A stretch of 64,000 nt of DNA, from positions 1,427 to 65,426 of the forward strand of contig MNRQ01000018.1 in NCBI GenBank assembly GCA_001916035.1, read 5' to 3'. Positions 40,751 to 50,200 of this stretch are shown here, piece by piece. The notes below the pieces were generated by a model that made no database searches, was not told where the DNA came from, and saw only the letters and a list, made by a program, of their open reading frames with translations. The position numbers were made by a program, and so were the translations under genes. This DNA is from Clostridium sp. 27_14 (GTDB taxonomy: Bacteria; Bacillota; Clostridia; TANB77; CAG-508). Position 1 is the stretch's first letter; each line of letters begins with the position of its first letter.

Positions 40751-42115
40751 ATGAAGAGCAAAGAAAAAACTACAAAATACAAAAACATAAAGAACATCTT
40801 AAAAAAAATCATAAAAAAAGCAACAATAATTTTAAGCATAATAGTTATGAACACATTCACATTTATTGGAACAAGTGGAGCAGTAAATGCAAAAAAAATA
40901 GAAATAAAAAAAGAAGGAGAATGTGGAGAACTAATCACATATAGAGGAAAAATAATAAAAACAGACTACATATATCATGAAAAAAATGGAAAAAAATACC
41001 CAGCATACTGTTTAGAAAAAGCAAAATATGGAATATCAGCAAATTTAACAGAAACAATAATTTCAGAAGGAAATATACATGATATAAAATTATGGAAATA
41101 TATTATAAATGGATACCCATACAAAACATACCAGGAATTAGGATGCAAAAATAAAGAAGAAGCATATAGTGCTACAAAACAAGCAATACAAATTTGCTTA
41201 TATAAAAATAGAATAGAAGATTATAAACCAATAGGAGAAGCAGGAAAAAGGACAATAGAAGCAATAAAGAAAATAACCGATTCAGCAGAAAAATCAAAAG
41301 AAGAACAAAAGCCAAGTTCAGTAAATATAAAAAGCATAAACGAAAATTTTGAACAAGACAATATACAACAAGAATATCTTTCAAAAACTTATGAAATAAA
41401 TACAAATGCAAATTATTCAAAATACAATGCATCAGTAGAAAGAATAAAAGCAATAATACCAGAAGGAATAAAAATAACAGACATAAATAATAACGAAAAA
41501 GCAGAATTTGCATCAAAAGAAAAATTTAAAATACTAATACCAATTAATCATATAAACCAGGAAACAGAATTTAAAATTAAAATAAATACAAAAATAGAAA
41601 CAAAACCAGTATTATATGGAAAAACAGCTAACAGTGCAAACGAAAATTATGCACTAACATCAGCAGTATATGAAAATATTGAAGAAATAATGTTAGACAC
41701 ATATTTAAAAAATACAACAAGTTTAAAAATCATAAAAAGAGATAAAGAAACACACAAAAAACTAAATTATGTAGAATTTGAAGTCCTAGATAAAAATAAG
41801 CAAACAATATATACAAACTTAAAAACAAATGCAGACGGAGAAATAACATTAAATAATATATTACCAGGAACATATTACATAAGAGAAACAAAAGCAAAAT
41901 ATGGTTATATAAAACATTCAGAACTAACCAAAATAGAAATAAAATTGAATGAAAAAGCAATAATAGAATTTGAAAATATAAAAAAAAGCAAACCAAATAT
42001 AACAATAAATGAAAAAGAAATAAAAGTAAGTTATGAAGAAGAAGAAAAACAAAAAGAAAACATAAATAAAGAAAAAAGCACAATAATAAAAAAACTACCA
42101 GTAACAGGAATGTAA
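40751..42115 (+). CDS. surface protein: signal peptide, thioester-like domain, CnaB/SpaA-type domain, C-terminal LPVTG
   Basis: YPAYCLEKAK (the YC[LIV][DNEQ] pattern), ATKQAIQ, CnaB-like LKIIKRDKETHKKL..VEFEV...DGEITL.NILPGTYYIRETKA..GY. Ends KKLPVTGM-stop. Confidence 0.75.
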   Translation: MKSKEKTTKYKNIKNILKKIIKKATIILSIIVMNTFTFIGTSGAVNAKKIEIKKEGECGELITYRGKIIKTDYIYHEKNGKKYPAYCLEKAKYGISANLTETIISEGNIHDIKLWKYIINGYPYKTYQELGCKNKEEAYSATKQAIQICLYKNRIEDYKPIGEAGKRTIEAIKKITDSAEKSKEEQKPSSVNIKSINENFEQDNIQQEYLSKTYEINTNANYSKYNASVERIKAIIPEGIKITDINNNEKAEFASKEKFKILIPINHINQETEFKIKINTKIETKPVLYGKTANSANENYALTSAVYENIEEIMLDTYLKNTTSLKIIKRDKETHKKLNYVEFEVLDKNKQTIYTNLKTNADGEITLNNILPGTYYIRETKAKYGYIKHSELTKIEIKLNEKAIIEFENIKKSKPNITINEKEIKVSYEEEEKQKENINKEKSTIIKKLPVTGM

Positions 42116-42225
42116 AACAATTATAAAAATAATCTAAAGTTCACAAATATTATTTAGAAGAAGTTGACTCATAAAGATATTTTATGCTAAAATGAATAAA
42201 AATAAAATATCAAGGAGAAAGCTAA

Positions 42226-43074
42226 ATGAATGTTCAACTACCAAAAGAATACAAAGTAAGAAAAAGAGACATAGTAATATATACAATATGCATAATAATA
42301 TGTGTAGTAGCACTAACAATTGTAGTAACAATGCAAGTATTAGGAGAAGGAATAACAAACAAAGTATTCCATACAAACAAATTACAAATAGCATCAGAAG
42401 AAGAACAGCTAAAATTACGAACAGATTTTGAAAACATGTTCACAAATAAAATTGAAGGCAAAATAGAAAATGTAGAAAAAAAGGACGAAAGCAAAGATAT
42501 TATATTTACAGTTTATGAAAATGAAGATAACATATCAGAGAACTACACACTAAATGTACATATACCAAACTTTAACATAAAAGACGAAAATATAGAAGAA
42601 CTAAACAACAAAATTTCAACAGAATATAAACAAAAAGTAAATCAAATATTAAACAATAAAGGAAACCAAATAATATATTCCGTAGAATATAGTGCATATA
42701 TAGAAAATGAAATTATATTTTTAATAATACGTTCAAATCTGAAAGAAAGCAACAATGCACAAAAACAAATGGTTTATACATATAACTATGATTTAAAAAA
42801 CAAAAAAGAAATAACTTTAGAAAATATAATAGAAAAATTAAAATATAACAAAAATGATGTTCAAAAAGCAATTCAAAATTATATAGAAGAACAAGAAAAA
42901 AACTCAAAAAGTCTAAAAAATTTAGGATATGGAATTTATGTTAGAAATAGTAAAGATGAAATGTACAAAATAGAAAACACAAAAAATTTCTTTGTAAAAA
43001 ACAATAAAATTTATATAATATATCCCTATGGAAATACTTCAGCAACAAGTGAAATGGACATAGTAATAATATAA
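42226..43074 (+). CDS. membrane-anchored DUF3298/RsiV-like hypothetical protein
   Basis: N-terminal TM segment. Family assignment is tentative, based on the C-terminal ...IYIIYPYG...SEMDIVII pattern. Confidence 0.5.
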   Translation: MNVQLPKEYKVRKRDIVIYTICIIICVVALTIVVTMQVLGEGITNKVFHTNKLQIASEEEQLKLRTDFENMFTNKIEGKIENVEKKDESKDIIFTVYENEDNISENYTLNVHIPNFNIKDENIEELNNKISTEYKQKVNQILNNKGNQIIYSVEYSAYIENEIIFLIIRSNLKESNNAQKQMVYTYNYDLKNKKEITLENIIEKLKYNKNDVQKAIQNYIEEQEKNSKSLKNLGYGIYVRNSKDEMYKIENTKNFFVKNNKIYIIYPYGNTSATSEMDIVII

Positions 43075-43076
43075 AA

Positions 43077-43114
43077 AAGTGAAAAGAAGTTCAAAGAACT
43101 TCTTTTCACTTTTT
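43077..43114. terminator. bidirectional terminator (42226 gene and htrA)
   Basis: aagtgaaaagaagttc / gaacttcttttcactt flanked by A and T runs. Confidence 0.75.
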
Positions 43115-43259
43115 GAAAATAAAAGGGGATGTTTTTAATTTTAAATCAGTATCTCTAACTGATTATGTATGTATTATACAATGTGTTTTTGTCCATTCTG
43201 TGAACTCAAAGTGAAAAAACAGAAAAGATTAAAATATTAAGTAGAAAGATTATTTTTAA

Positions 43260-44549
43260 CTAAGGTTGTTCACCTAAAGTTATAGTCAAATCTTTTTCTT
43301 GACCATTTCTATTAACTTTAATTTTCATCTCATCACCAATCTTATGAGAATTTTTAATTTTATTCAAATCATCCATACTGGAAATCTTTGTACCATCAGC
43401 TTCTATAATAACGTCACCAGCCTTAATGCCAGCCTTTTCACCACTTGAAAAATCTTCAACACTTTTAACATAAACGCCAGTAACTAAATTATAAGTCTTA
43501 GCAGTTTCCTCATTCAAATCAATACCTGTAATACCAATATAAGGTCTCTTAACTTTACTATATTGAATTAATTGAGAAGTAATATCAGTTGTAGAATTTA
43601 TAGGAATAGCAAAACCCATACCCTCAATACCTGTTCCAGAAAGTTTTAAAGTATTAATACCAATAACTTTACCTTCACTATTAACTAAAGCACCACCACT
43701 ATTACCAGAATTTATAGCAGCATCTGTTTGAATAAGAGTATATTGTTTACCATCAGAATCTGTAACCTGTCTATTTACAGCACTAACAATACCACAAGTA
43801 ACACTACTTTGCATACCTATAGGATTACCAACAGCCATAGCAAATTCACCAACTTTAATAGAATCAGAATCTGCAAATTCAGCCTTAGACAAACCAGATT
43901 TTTCAATTTTAATAACAGCCAAATCAGTTTGTTCATCTTTACCAACTATTTTAGCTTCATATTCAGTATCATCATTAAATAAAGTAACAGTTAATTTACT
44001 AGCTTCTGAAACTTGATAATAAGAACTATTACTACTGCTAGAACTACTAGAAACAACATGATTATTTGTTAAAATATAGCCATCTTCACTAATAATAATA
44101 CCAGAGCCAGTAGCTGTTGCAGTACTTGAACTAGATTTACCAAACATTTGCAACATAGAATTATTTACAGTATACTCCAATTTAATACCAACTATTGAAG
44201 GCAAAATTTTATTAGCAGCATATACCGCAGTATCAGAATAATTAGACAAATTAACTTGTGATACATAACCACTATTACTTGATGAAGAAGATGATGAAGT
44301 ATTATTTATTATACTACTAGTACTATTATTTAATATTTTAGAGCGAATAGAAGGAACGCCAAAGCATGTTCCAATAACAACTACACAACCAATCACCCCA
44401 CTACAAAAAGGTAAAACTACACTTTTACCAAAACCAGATTTAGTTCTTTTTGTATTATACATATTTGAACTAGAAACAGTTTTAAAATTAGTATTTTTCT
44501 TTTCTTTTACATCATTTATTGGTGTATTTTCATTTTTGTTTTCTTCCAT
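43260..44549 (-). CDS. htrA: HtrA/DegP-family serine protease with PDZ domain
   Basis: TM anchor, S-rich linkers, triad context TNNHVV, DLAVIK and GNSGGAL, and a C-terminal PDZ domain. Confidence 0.92.
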   Translation of the reverse strand: MEENKNENTPINDVKEKKNTNFKTVSSSNMYNTKRTKSGFGKSVVLPFCSGVIGCVVVIGTCFGVPSIRSKILNNSTSSIINNTSSSSSSSNSGYVSQVNLSNYSDTAVYAANKILPSIVGIKLEYTVNNSMLQMFGKSSSSTATATGSGIIISEDGYILTNNHVVSSSSSSSNSSYYQVSEASKLTVTLFNDDTEYEAKIVGKDEQTDLAVIKIEKSGLSKAEFADSDSIKVGEFAMAVGNPIGMQSSVTCGIVSAVNRQVTDSDGKQYTLIQTDAAINSGNSGGALVNSEGKVIGINTLKLSGTGIEGMGFAIPINSTTDITSQLIQYSKVKRPYIGITGIDLNEETAKTYNLVTGVYVKSVEDFSSGEKAGIKAGDVIIEADGTKISSMDDLNKIKNSHKIGDEMKIKVNRNGQEKDLTITLGEQP

Positions 44550-44582
44550 TTGAAAGACCTCCTAAATAACAATTTTTTATTT

Positions 44583-44611
44583 ATAATATCTAAACTACAA
44601 ATAGAATACAA
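44583..44611 (-). promoter_or_regulatory. htrA promoter
   Basis: On the minus strand: TTGTAT (44611-06), 17 nt, TATTAT (44588-83). Confidence 0.5.
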
Positions 44612-44617
44612 TAGTTT

Positions 44618-44634
44618 TGTGAAAATTCTGTGAA
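44618..44634. promoter_or_regulatory. direct repeat TGTGAA-N5-TGTGAA (OmpR/WalR-type response-regulator site)
   Basis: Hexamers at 44618-23 and 44629-34 with 11-bp periodicity. They abut the -35 element of the htrA promoter. Confidence 0.45.
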
Positions 44635-44657
44635 AAAAATGTTATATTTTAGTTATT

Positions 44658-44730
44658 AAGAACAAATGGAACATTAATAACATTTGAATTTATTTAGAAC
44701 ATTTTAAAATCCACGTCTTTGTTCATACAC
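44658..44730 (+). repeat. intergenic repeat family, copy A
   Basis: AAGAACAAATGGAACATTAATAA...TTATTTAGAACATTTTAAAATCCACGTCTTTGTTCATACAC. Confidence 0.6.
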
Positions 44731-44779
44731 AAAAAAACAAGAGTAAACATAAAATATATCAAAAAGAAAGGAGACAAAT

Positions 44780-45787
44780 ATGAAAAAAAGAACACTTATA
44801 TTTGCAATAACAATATTAGTAATCATATTATTAGCAATAATAATACAAATGATTTCTAATAAAAGTGAAACAAAAGAAAACAAAGAATTAGAAAAAGTAA
44901 AAGTAAGTGAAGTCACAAGATCAGTATTTTACGCACCACAATATGTAGCAATAAACAACGGATACTTCAAAAAATATGGAATAGACATAGACTTAACAAC
45001 AGGAGGAGGAGCAGACACAGTAATGACAGCAGTACTTAGCAACCAAGTAGACATAGGATTTGCAGGACCAGAAGCATCAATATATGTATATAACGAAGGA
45101 AAAGAAGATTATTGCCAAGTATTTGCACAAATGACAAAAAAAGATGGATCATTTTTAATATCAAAAACAAAAACAGAAAACTTTAGCTGGCAAGATTTAA
45201 AAGGAAAAACAGTAATACCAGGCAGAAAAGGAGGAGTACCATACATGACATTAGAATATGTATTAAAGAAAAACGGTATAAATCCACAAAAAGACTTAAA
45301 TTTAGATGACAGTATAAAATTCGACTTAATGGCAGGAGCATTCACAAGTGGAGATGCAGAATATGTAACACTATTTGAACCAACAGCATCACTAACAGAA
45401 ATACAAGGAAAAGGATATATAGTAGCATCAGTAGGAAAAGAAGCAGGAGAAATACCATATACAGCATACTTTGCTAAAAAAAGTTATATTGAAAAAAATA
45501 ACAAACTAGTAAAAAACTTCACACAAGCAATATACGAAGGAGAAAAATGGGTCAGTGAACATACAGCAGAAGAAATAGCAGATGTTATAATAGACTTCTT
45601 CCCAGGAACAGAAAAAGAACTAATAAAAACAGCAGTACAAAGTTATAAAGACATAGACGCATGGAACAAAACACCAGAGTTAAAAGAAGAAAGTTTTAAC
45701 AGACTACAAGAAGTAATGACATTAGCAGGAGAATTACAAAACAAAGCACCTTATGACAAAATAGTAAATTGTCAATGGGAACAGTAA
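44780..45787 (+). CDS. NMT1/SsuA-like ABC substrate-binding protein (orphan, signal-anchored)
   Basis: N-terminal TM segment without a lipobox Cys. Periplasmic-binding-fold pattern (YAPQYVA...GYFKKYG, GRKGGVPY). No permease or ATPase gene nearby. Confidence 0.7.
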   Translation: MKKRTLIFAITILVIILLAIIIQMISNKSETKENKELEKVKVSEVTRSVFYAPQYVAINNGYFKKYGIDIDLTTGGGADTVMTAVLSNQVDIGFAGPEASIYVYNEGKEDYCQVFAQMTKKDGSFLISKTKTENFSWQDLKGKTVIPGRKGGVPYMTLEYVLKKNGINPQKDLNLDDSIKFDLMAGAFTSGDAEYVTLFEPTASLTEIQGKGYIVASVGKEAGEIPYTAYFAKKSYIEKNNKLVKNFTQAIYEGEKWVSEHTAEEIADVIIDFFPGTEKELIKTAVQSYKDIDAWNKTPELKEESFNRLQEVMTLAGELQNKAPYDKIVNCQWEQ

Positions 45788-45845
45788 AGAACAAAAGCGG
45801 GCATTAATTAGAACATTTTAAAGTCCGCGTCTTTGTTCACACACG
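45787..45845 (+). repeat. intergenic repeat family, copy B (plus a partial unit at 45861-45876)
   Basis: AAGAACAAAAGCGGGCATTAATTAGAACATTTTAAAGTCCGCGTCTTTGTTCACACACG. The stem GCGG/CCGC replaces TGGA/TCCA of copy A. Confidence 0.6.
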
Positions 45846-45880
45846 AAATTTGCACAAATCAGAACATTTTAAATTTCGAA

Positions 45881-45951
45881 AAAATCTCCTAATTTTTCAA
45901 TATACTACAAAATATCACACATTTTTTGTAGAAAAATAGGAGGTTTTGTCG
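45881..45951 (+). terminator. long AT-rich hairpin followed by TTTT (probable terminator of the binding-protein gene)
   Basis: aaaatctcctaatttttc ... gaaaaataggaggtttt, about 17 bp, with an inner ctacaaaa/ttttgtag stem. Confidence 0.45.
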
Positions 45952-46035
45952 AATTTATTGCCAAAGATATAATTTTATGTTAAGATCAAAATAAGCTTTA
46001 TTGGAATTTTTAGAAAAAAGAAGAAAGGAGAATAA

Positions 46036-46722
46036 ATGCAAATATTTACATATAATGACTACTTAGACTATATATCAAATTATAAAATAAAGAAATTAAT
46101 AAAAATACAAAATAAAAGAATAAAAATAAAAAACAACATAGAAAAAGAAAAATACAAAAACAAAGAAAAAACAGAAGTAGAAAAAATAAAGGAAAAAATA
46201 GAAAACACAATAGAAAAACTAATAGAAGACAAACAAGAAGTTTCAAAAATCATTAATGACTATTTAAAAATTTCAATATGTGACATAAACACAAATAATT
46301 TAGAAATCATAGAAAAAAGTAAAAATCAAATAAATATTAAAAGTCAAATTTTTAAAATCAAAGAAAAAGAAATTTATTTTCTAATAAAAATCGAAAAAAA
46401 TCCCAATTACAATATACCATACACAATATTTGAAGAAAGTATGGAATTAATAAAATCAATAAAACAAAAACATCAAAAAGAAAAGCCAACAGTCATACCA
46501 ATAATAATGTATATAGGAAATCAAAAATGGAACATAAAGCAAAAAAATAAAATCAGATACACAAAATTTGAAGAAAACAATATAGAATTAGGATATAACA
46601 TAATAGACTTCAATTTATATAGCACAAAAGAACTAAAAAATAAAAAATCTAAAATAAATAAATACATAATATTAAAAAAAGAAATGAATATATACCTAAA
46701 TGAGAATAGGTATAATCTATAG
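46036..46722 (+). CDS. Rpn/YhgA-like (PDDEXK_2) putative nuclease/transposase-like protein, degenerate
   Basis: EIYFLIKIEKNPNYNIPYTIFEESMELI and PTVIPIIMYIGNQKWN resemble the Rpn core, but the acidic catalytic residues are not obvious. Confidence 0.4.
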   Translation: MQIFTYNDYLDYISNYKIKKLIKIQNKRIKIKNNIEKEKYKNKEKTEVEKIKEKIENTIEKLIEDKQEVSKIINDYLKISICDINTNNLEIIEKSKNQINIKSQIFKIKEKEIYFLIKIEKNPNYNIPYTIFEESMELIKSIKQKHQKEKPTVIPIIMYIGNQKWNIKQKNKIRYTKFEENNIELGYNIIDFNLYSTKELKNKKSKINKYIILKKEMNIYLNENRYNL

Positions 46723-46846
46723 ATTTAAAAATAATAAATATTTACAAATAAATTAAAAAAAGTATTGACACCTACAACCAATAATGCTATATTTACAAAT
46801 AGATATTAGAAAAAATATAACTAAAAATGAAAGGGATGTGGTTGAT

Positions 46847-47179
46847 ATGGTAATAGATTATAAAATAATAGGAAAAAGAATCAAGGCAGAAAGAGCAAAG
46901 CACAAATTTACACAAGAAGAAATGGCAGAAAAATTAAATACATCTGTAGCATTTTATAGTAGAATAGAAACAGGAAGAAGTCATGTAAATTTAACAAGGA
47001 TAATGGAAATAGCCAATATACTAAATGTCTCAGCAGGATATTTTTTAACAGGAATAGAAGAAGATGGAAACAACTATTTGTATGAAGACTTTAAAGTAAT
47101 TTTAGAAAAATGTACACCAAAACAACAAAAATTTATATACAAAATGGCAGAAGTAGTATCAGAAGAATTGCCAATGTAA
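46847..47179 (+). CDS. XRE-family HTH regulator (paralog of 29320..29649)
   Basis: TQEEMAEKLNTSVAFYSRIETG HTH. C-terminal NYLYEDF..ILEKCTPKQQKFIY. ATG 46847 is preferred to track start 46784. Confidence 0.8.
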   Translation: MVIDYKIIGKRIKAERAKHKFTQEEMAEKLNTSVAFYSRIETGRSHVNLTRIMEIANILNVSAGYFLTGIEEDGNNYLYEDFKVILEKCTPKQQKFIYKMAEVVSEELPM

Positions 47180-47260
47180 AACATACAAAAATGTTGAAAA
47201 TTTGCATTATTTATGATATGATGCTAACAAATGAAATAATGCAAAAAAAGGTGGTAAAAC

Positions 47261-50200
47261 ATGTATTTAAAAAGAATGGAAATGCAAGGATTCAAATCAT
47301 TTGCAGACAAAACAGTAATAGAACTAAAACAAGGAATAACAACAGTAATAGGACCTAATGGATCAGGAAAAAGCAACATATCAGATGCAATTAGATGGGT
47401 ATTAGGAGAACAAAGCAGTAAAGCATTAAGATGTTCAAAATCATTAGACATTATATTTGCAGGAACACAAAATAGAAAATCATTAGGATTTGCAGAAGTA
47501 TCATTAGTATTTGACAATGCAGACGGAGGGCTACCAATTGAATATACAGAAGTAACAGTAACAAGAAGAATATACAGAAGCGGAGAAACAGGATATTTCA
47601 TAAACAAAGTACCATGCAGACTAAAAGACTTACAAGAACTATTTATGGACACAGGAATAGGAAAAGATGGATATTCAATTGTAGGACAAGGAAAAATAGA
47701 CGAAATATTAAGCAACAAATCAGAAGACAGAAGACACATATTTGAAGAAGCATCAGGAATCGTAAAATATAGAGTAAGAAAACAAGAAACAGAAAAAAAA
47801 TTAGAACATACAAAACTAAATTTACTAAGAATAAACGACATTTTATCAGAAATAGAAGGAAATTTAGAACCATTACAAGCCCAATCAGAAAAAGCAAAAA
47901 AATACTTAAACATAAGAGATAACTTAAAAAACATAGAAGTAGGCTTATTTTTATACAATATAGATCAAAACAAAAAAGACATTGAAAAAATAACAGAAGA
48001 CGAAAACATAACAAAAGAACAATGTGACACAGAAGAAACAAGATTAGAAAGAATAAAAACAGTAAAAGAACAGTTAAAAGAAGAAATAGATGACATAACT
48101 AATAAAATAGAACAAATGTCTAATCTAGGATTTGAAAGCCAAAAAGAAATAGAAATGCTAAATTCAGACATAAATGTATCAAAAACAAAAATATCAAACA
48201 ATGAAGAAAACGAAAAAAGATTTTTAGAAGAAATAGAAGAAAAAACAACAAGACTAAAAGAATTAGAAGAAGAACAAAAACAAAAAGATGAAAAAAGAGA
48301 AAACTTAAGAAAAAATAAAGAAAGATTTACAAAAGAATTAGAAGAAAAACAAGCTGAATTAGACAAAATAACAGAAAAACTATCAAAAGAAGCATTAGAA
48401 ATAGAAAAACACAAAAAACAAGTAGAAGAAAATACAGACAAAAAATATGAAAAACAAGCAAATATAAAAGAACAAGAAATAAACTTTGAAAACGATGAAA
48501 AAAGACAAAAACAACTAAAAAATGAAATACAAAATATCATTTCAGAATTAGACAATACAAGGATGAAAAAAGAAGAAGTATCAAAAGACTTTTACGAAAT
48601 AGAAGCAATAAGAAATAAAAATATAAAAGAATTAGAAAACATAGCAAAACAAAAAGAAGAAGTAAACCAAAAAATAAAAACATATCAAATAAAAATCAAC
48701 ACAATGTCAAACGAATTAAGAATGAAAGAATCAAGACAAAAATTCTTAATAGAAACAGAAAAAGAAAAAGAAGGGTACACTAAAAGTGTAAAAACACTAC
48801 TAAAAGATTGCGAAAATAATCCAGAGTTAAAAAAAGGAATAGAAGGAGTATTAGCAAATCTTATAGATGTACCAGAAGAATTACAAACAGCCATAGAAAT
48901 GAGCTTAGGAATGGCACTACAAAATATAGTAACAGAAACAGAACAAGACGCAAAAAAATTAGTAGAATACTTAAGAAAAAACAATATAGGAAGAGCATCA
49001 TTTTTACCAATCACATCTATAAAAGGAAAGAAAATAGACAATATAAAAGGAAATAAATCAGGAATAATAGGAATAGCAGCAGAACTAGTAAAATATAACA
49101 AAAAATATGAACAAATAATATATAACTTATTAGGAAGAACAGTAATAGTAGACAACATGGACACAGCAATAAGAATAGCAAAAGAAAATGGACAAAATTT
49201 TAAAATAGTTACACAAGAAGGAGACATAATAAACACATCAGGAGCAATAACAGGCGGAGCAGTAATGAAAAAAACTGTAAATATTTTAGGAAGAGAAAAT
49301 GAAATCAAAAAAATAGGGCAAGAAATCAAAAAAACACAAGAAAATATAGAAAAAATAGAAAAAGAAAAAGAAGAATACGAAGAATCTATAGAAGGAATAT
49401 TAGAAATAGCAGAAAGACTAGAAAAAGAATTACAAGAAAATGAAATTACGTATGCAACAGGTAAACAAAAAGTACTATCTTTCGAAGAAGAAATTCAAAA
49501 AATAGAAAACAGATTACAAAAACTTAAAGAAGAACAAAGCAAATTAGAAGAACAAAAAGAATTTGCAACAAACAAAAAAGCAGAAATTCAAAAAGAAATT
49601 GAAGAAATTAATACAGAAAACGAAAAACTATCAAAAATAATAACAGAATATGCAGAACTAAACAAAGACAATCAAAAATATATAGATGACTTAAACTTTG
49701 ACATAACAAACCTAAAGATTTCAGTATCATCATTTGACGAAAGTGAAAGTTCTATAGAAGAAATAAAAGAAAGAATACAACAAGAAGTAGAAGCAAATAA
49801 ACAATCAATAAAAAATAAACAAGAACAAATAGAACAAAGTAAACAAGAAACACAAAACTTAAAAGAAGCAATAAAAAAAATTCAAGAACAAATAGAAAAA
49901 ATAAAAGAAGAAGTAAAAAGCAGTGGAAGTAAAATAGAAGAACTAAAGAAAAGCAGAGCAGAAAAAAATGAAAAACTAACAACCCAAGAAGAACAAATAA
50001 CAGAAAAATTTAAAATTATAGAAGACTTAAAAGGACAAATTGTAAAAATAGATGTAAGAAAAACAAAAATACAAGAAGAAATAACAGAAACAATAAATAA
50101 ACTATGGGAAGAATATGAATTAACACCAAACTCAATAGAAGAATATGAAAAACCAAAAAATGTTTCCGAAACAAAAAAACAAGTAAACAAGCTACGTACA

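Noticed and set aside
44690-44730. LexA (Cheo) box or Rex box within the repeat element and near htrA (GAAC...GTTC; TTGTGAA).
   Set aside because: The GAAC and GTTC halves are 11-20 nt apart instead of 4. The TGTGAA hexamers are direct repeats, not inverted as in the Rex site.
44635-44779. TPP riboswitch upstream of the NMT1/THI5-like binding-protein gene.
   Set aside because: No CTGAGA, ACCTGA or GGGGTGC-type conserved TPP motifs are present, and the region is too AT-rich for the fold.
44658-45845. Integron attC-like sites flanking a gene cassette.
   Set aside because: The ends (AGAACAAA / TTTGTTCA) do not fit the RYYYAAC / GTTRRRY core sites, and no integrase is nearby.
45881-45951. SD/anti-SD riboregulator, with TAGGAGG paired to CTCCTA in a 67-nt hairpin.
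   Set aside because: No start codon lies at a usable distance after the AGGAGG. The hairpin is followed by TTTT and sits downstream of a gene, so a terminator is the simpler reading.
7334-47358. Plus-strand K/N/R/T-rich alternative-frame ORFs: 7334..7705, 13369..13584, 17404..17670, 20095..20439, 40672..40944, 42192..42431, 43728..43982, 47110..47358.
   Set aside because: They overlap better-supported genes in another frame or on the other strand. They have low-complexity sequence typical of A-rich DNA and no start signals.
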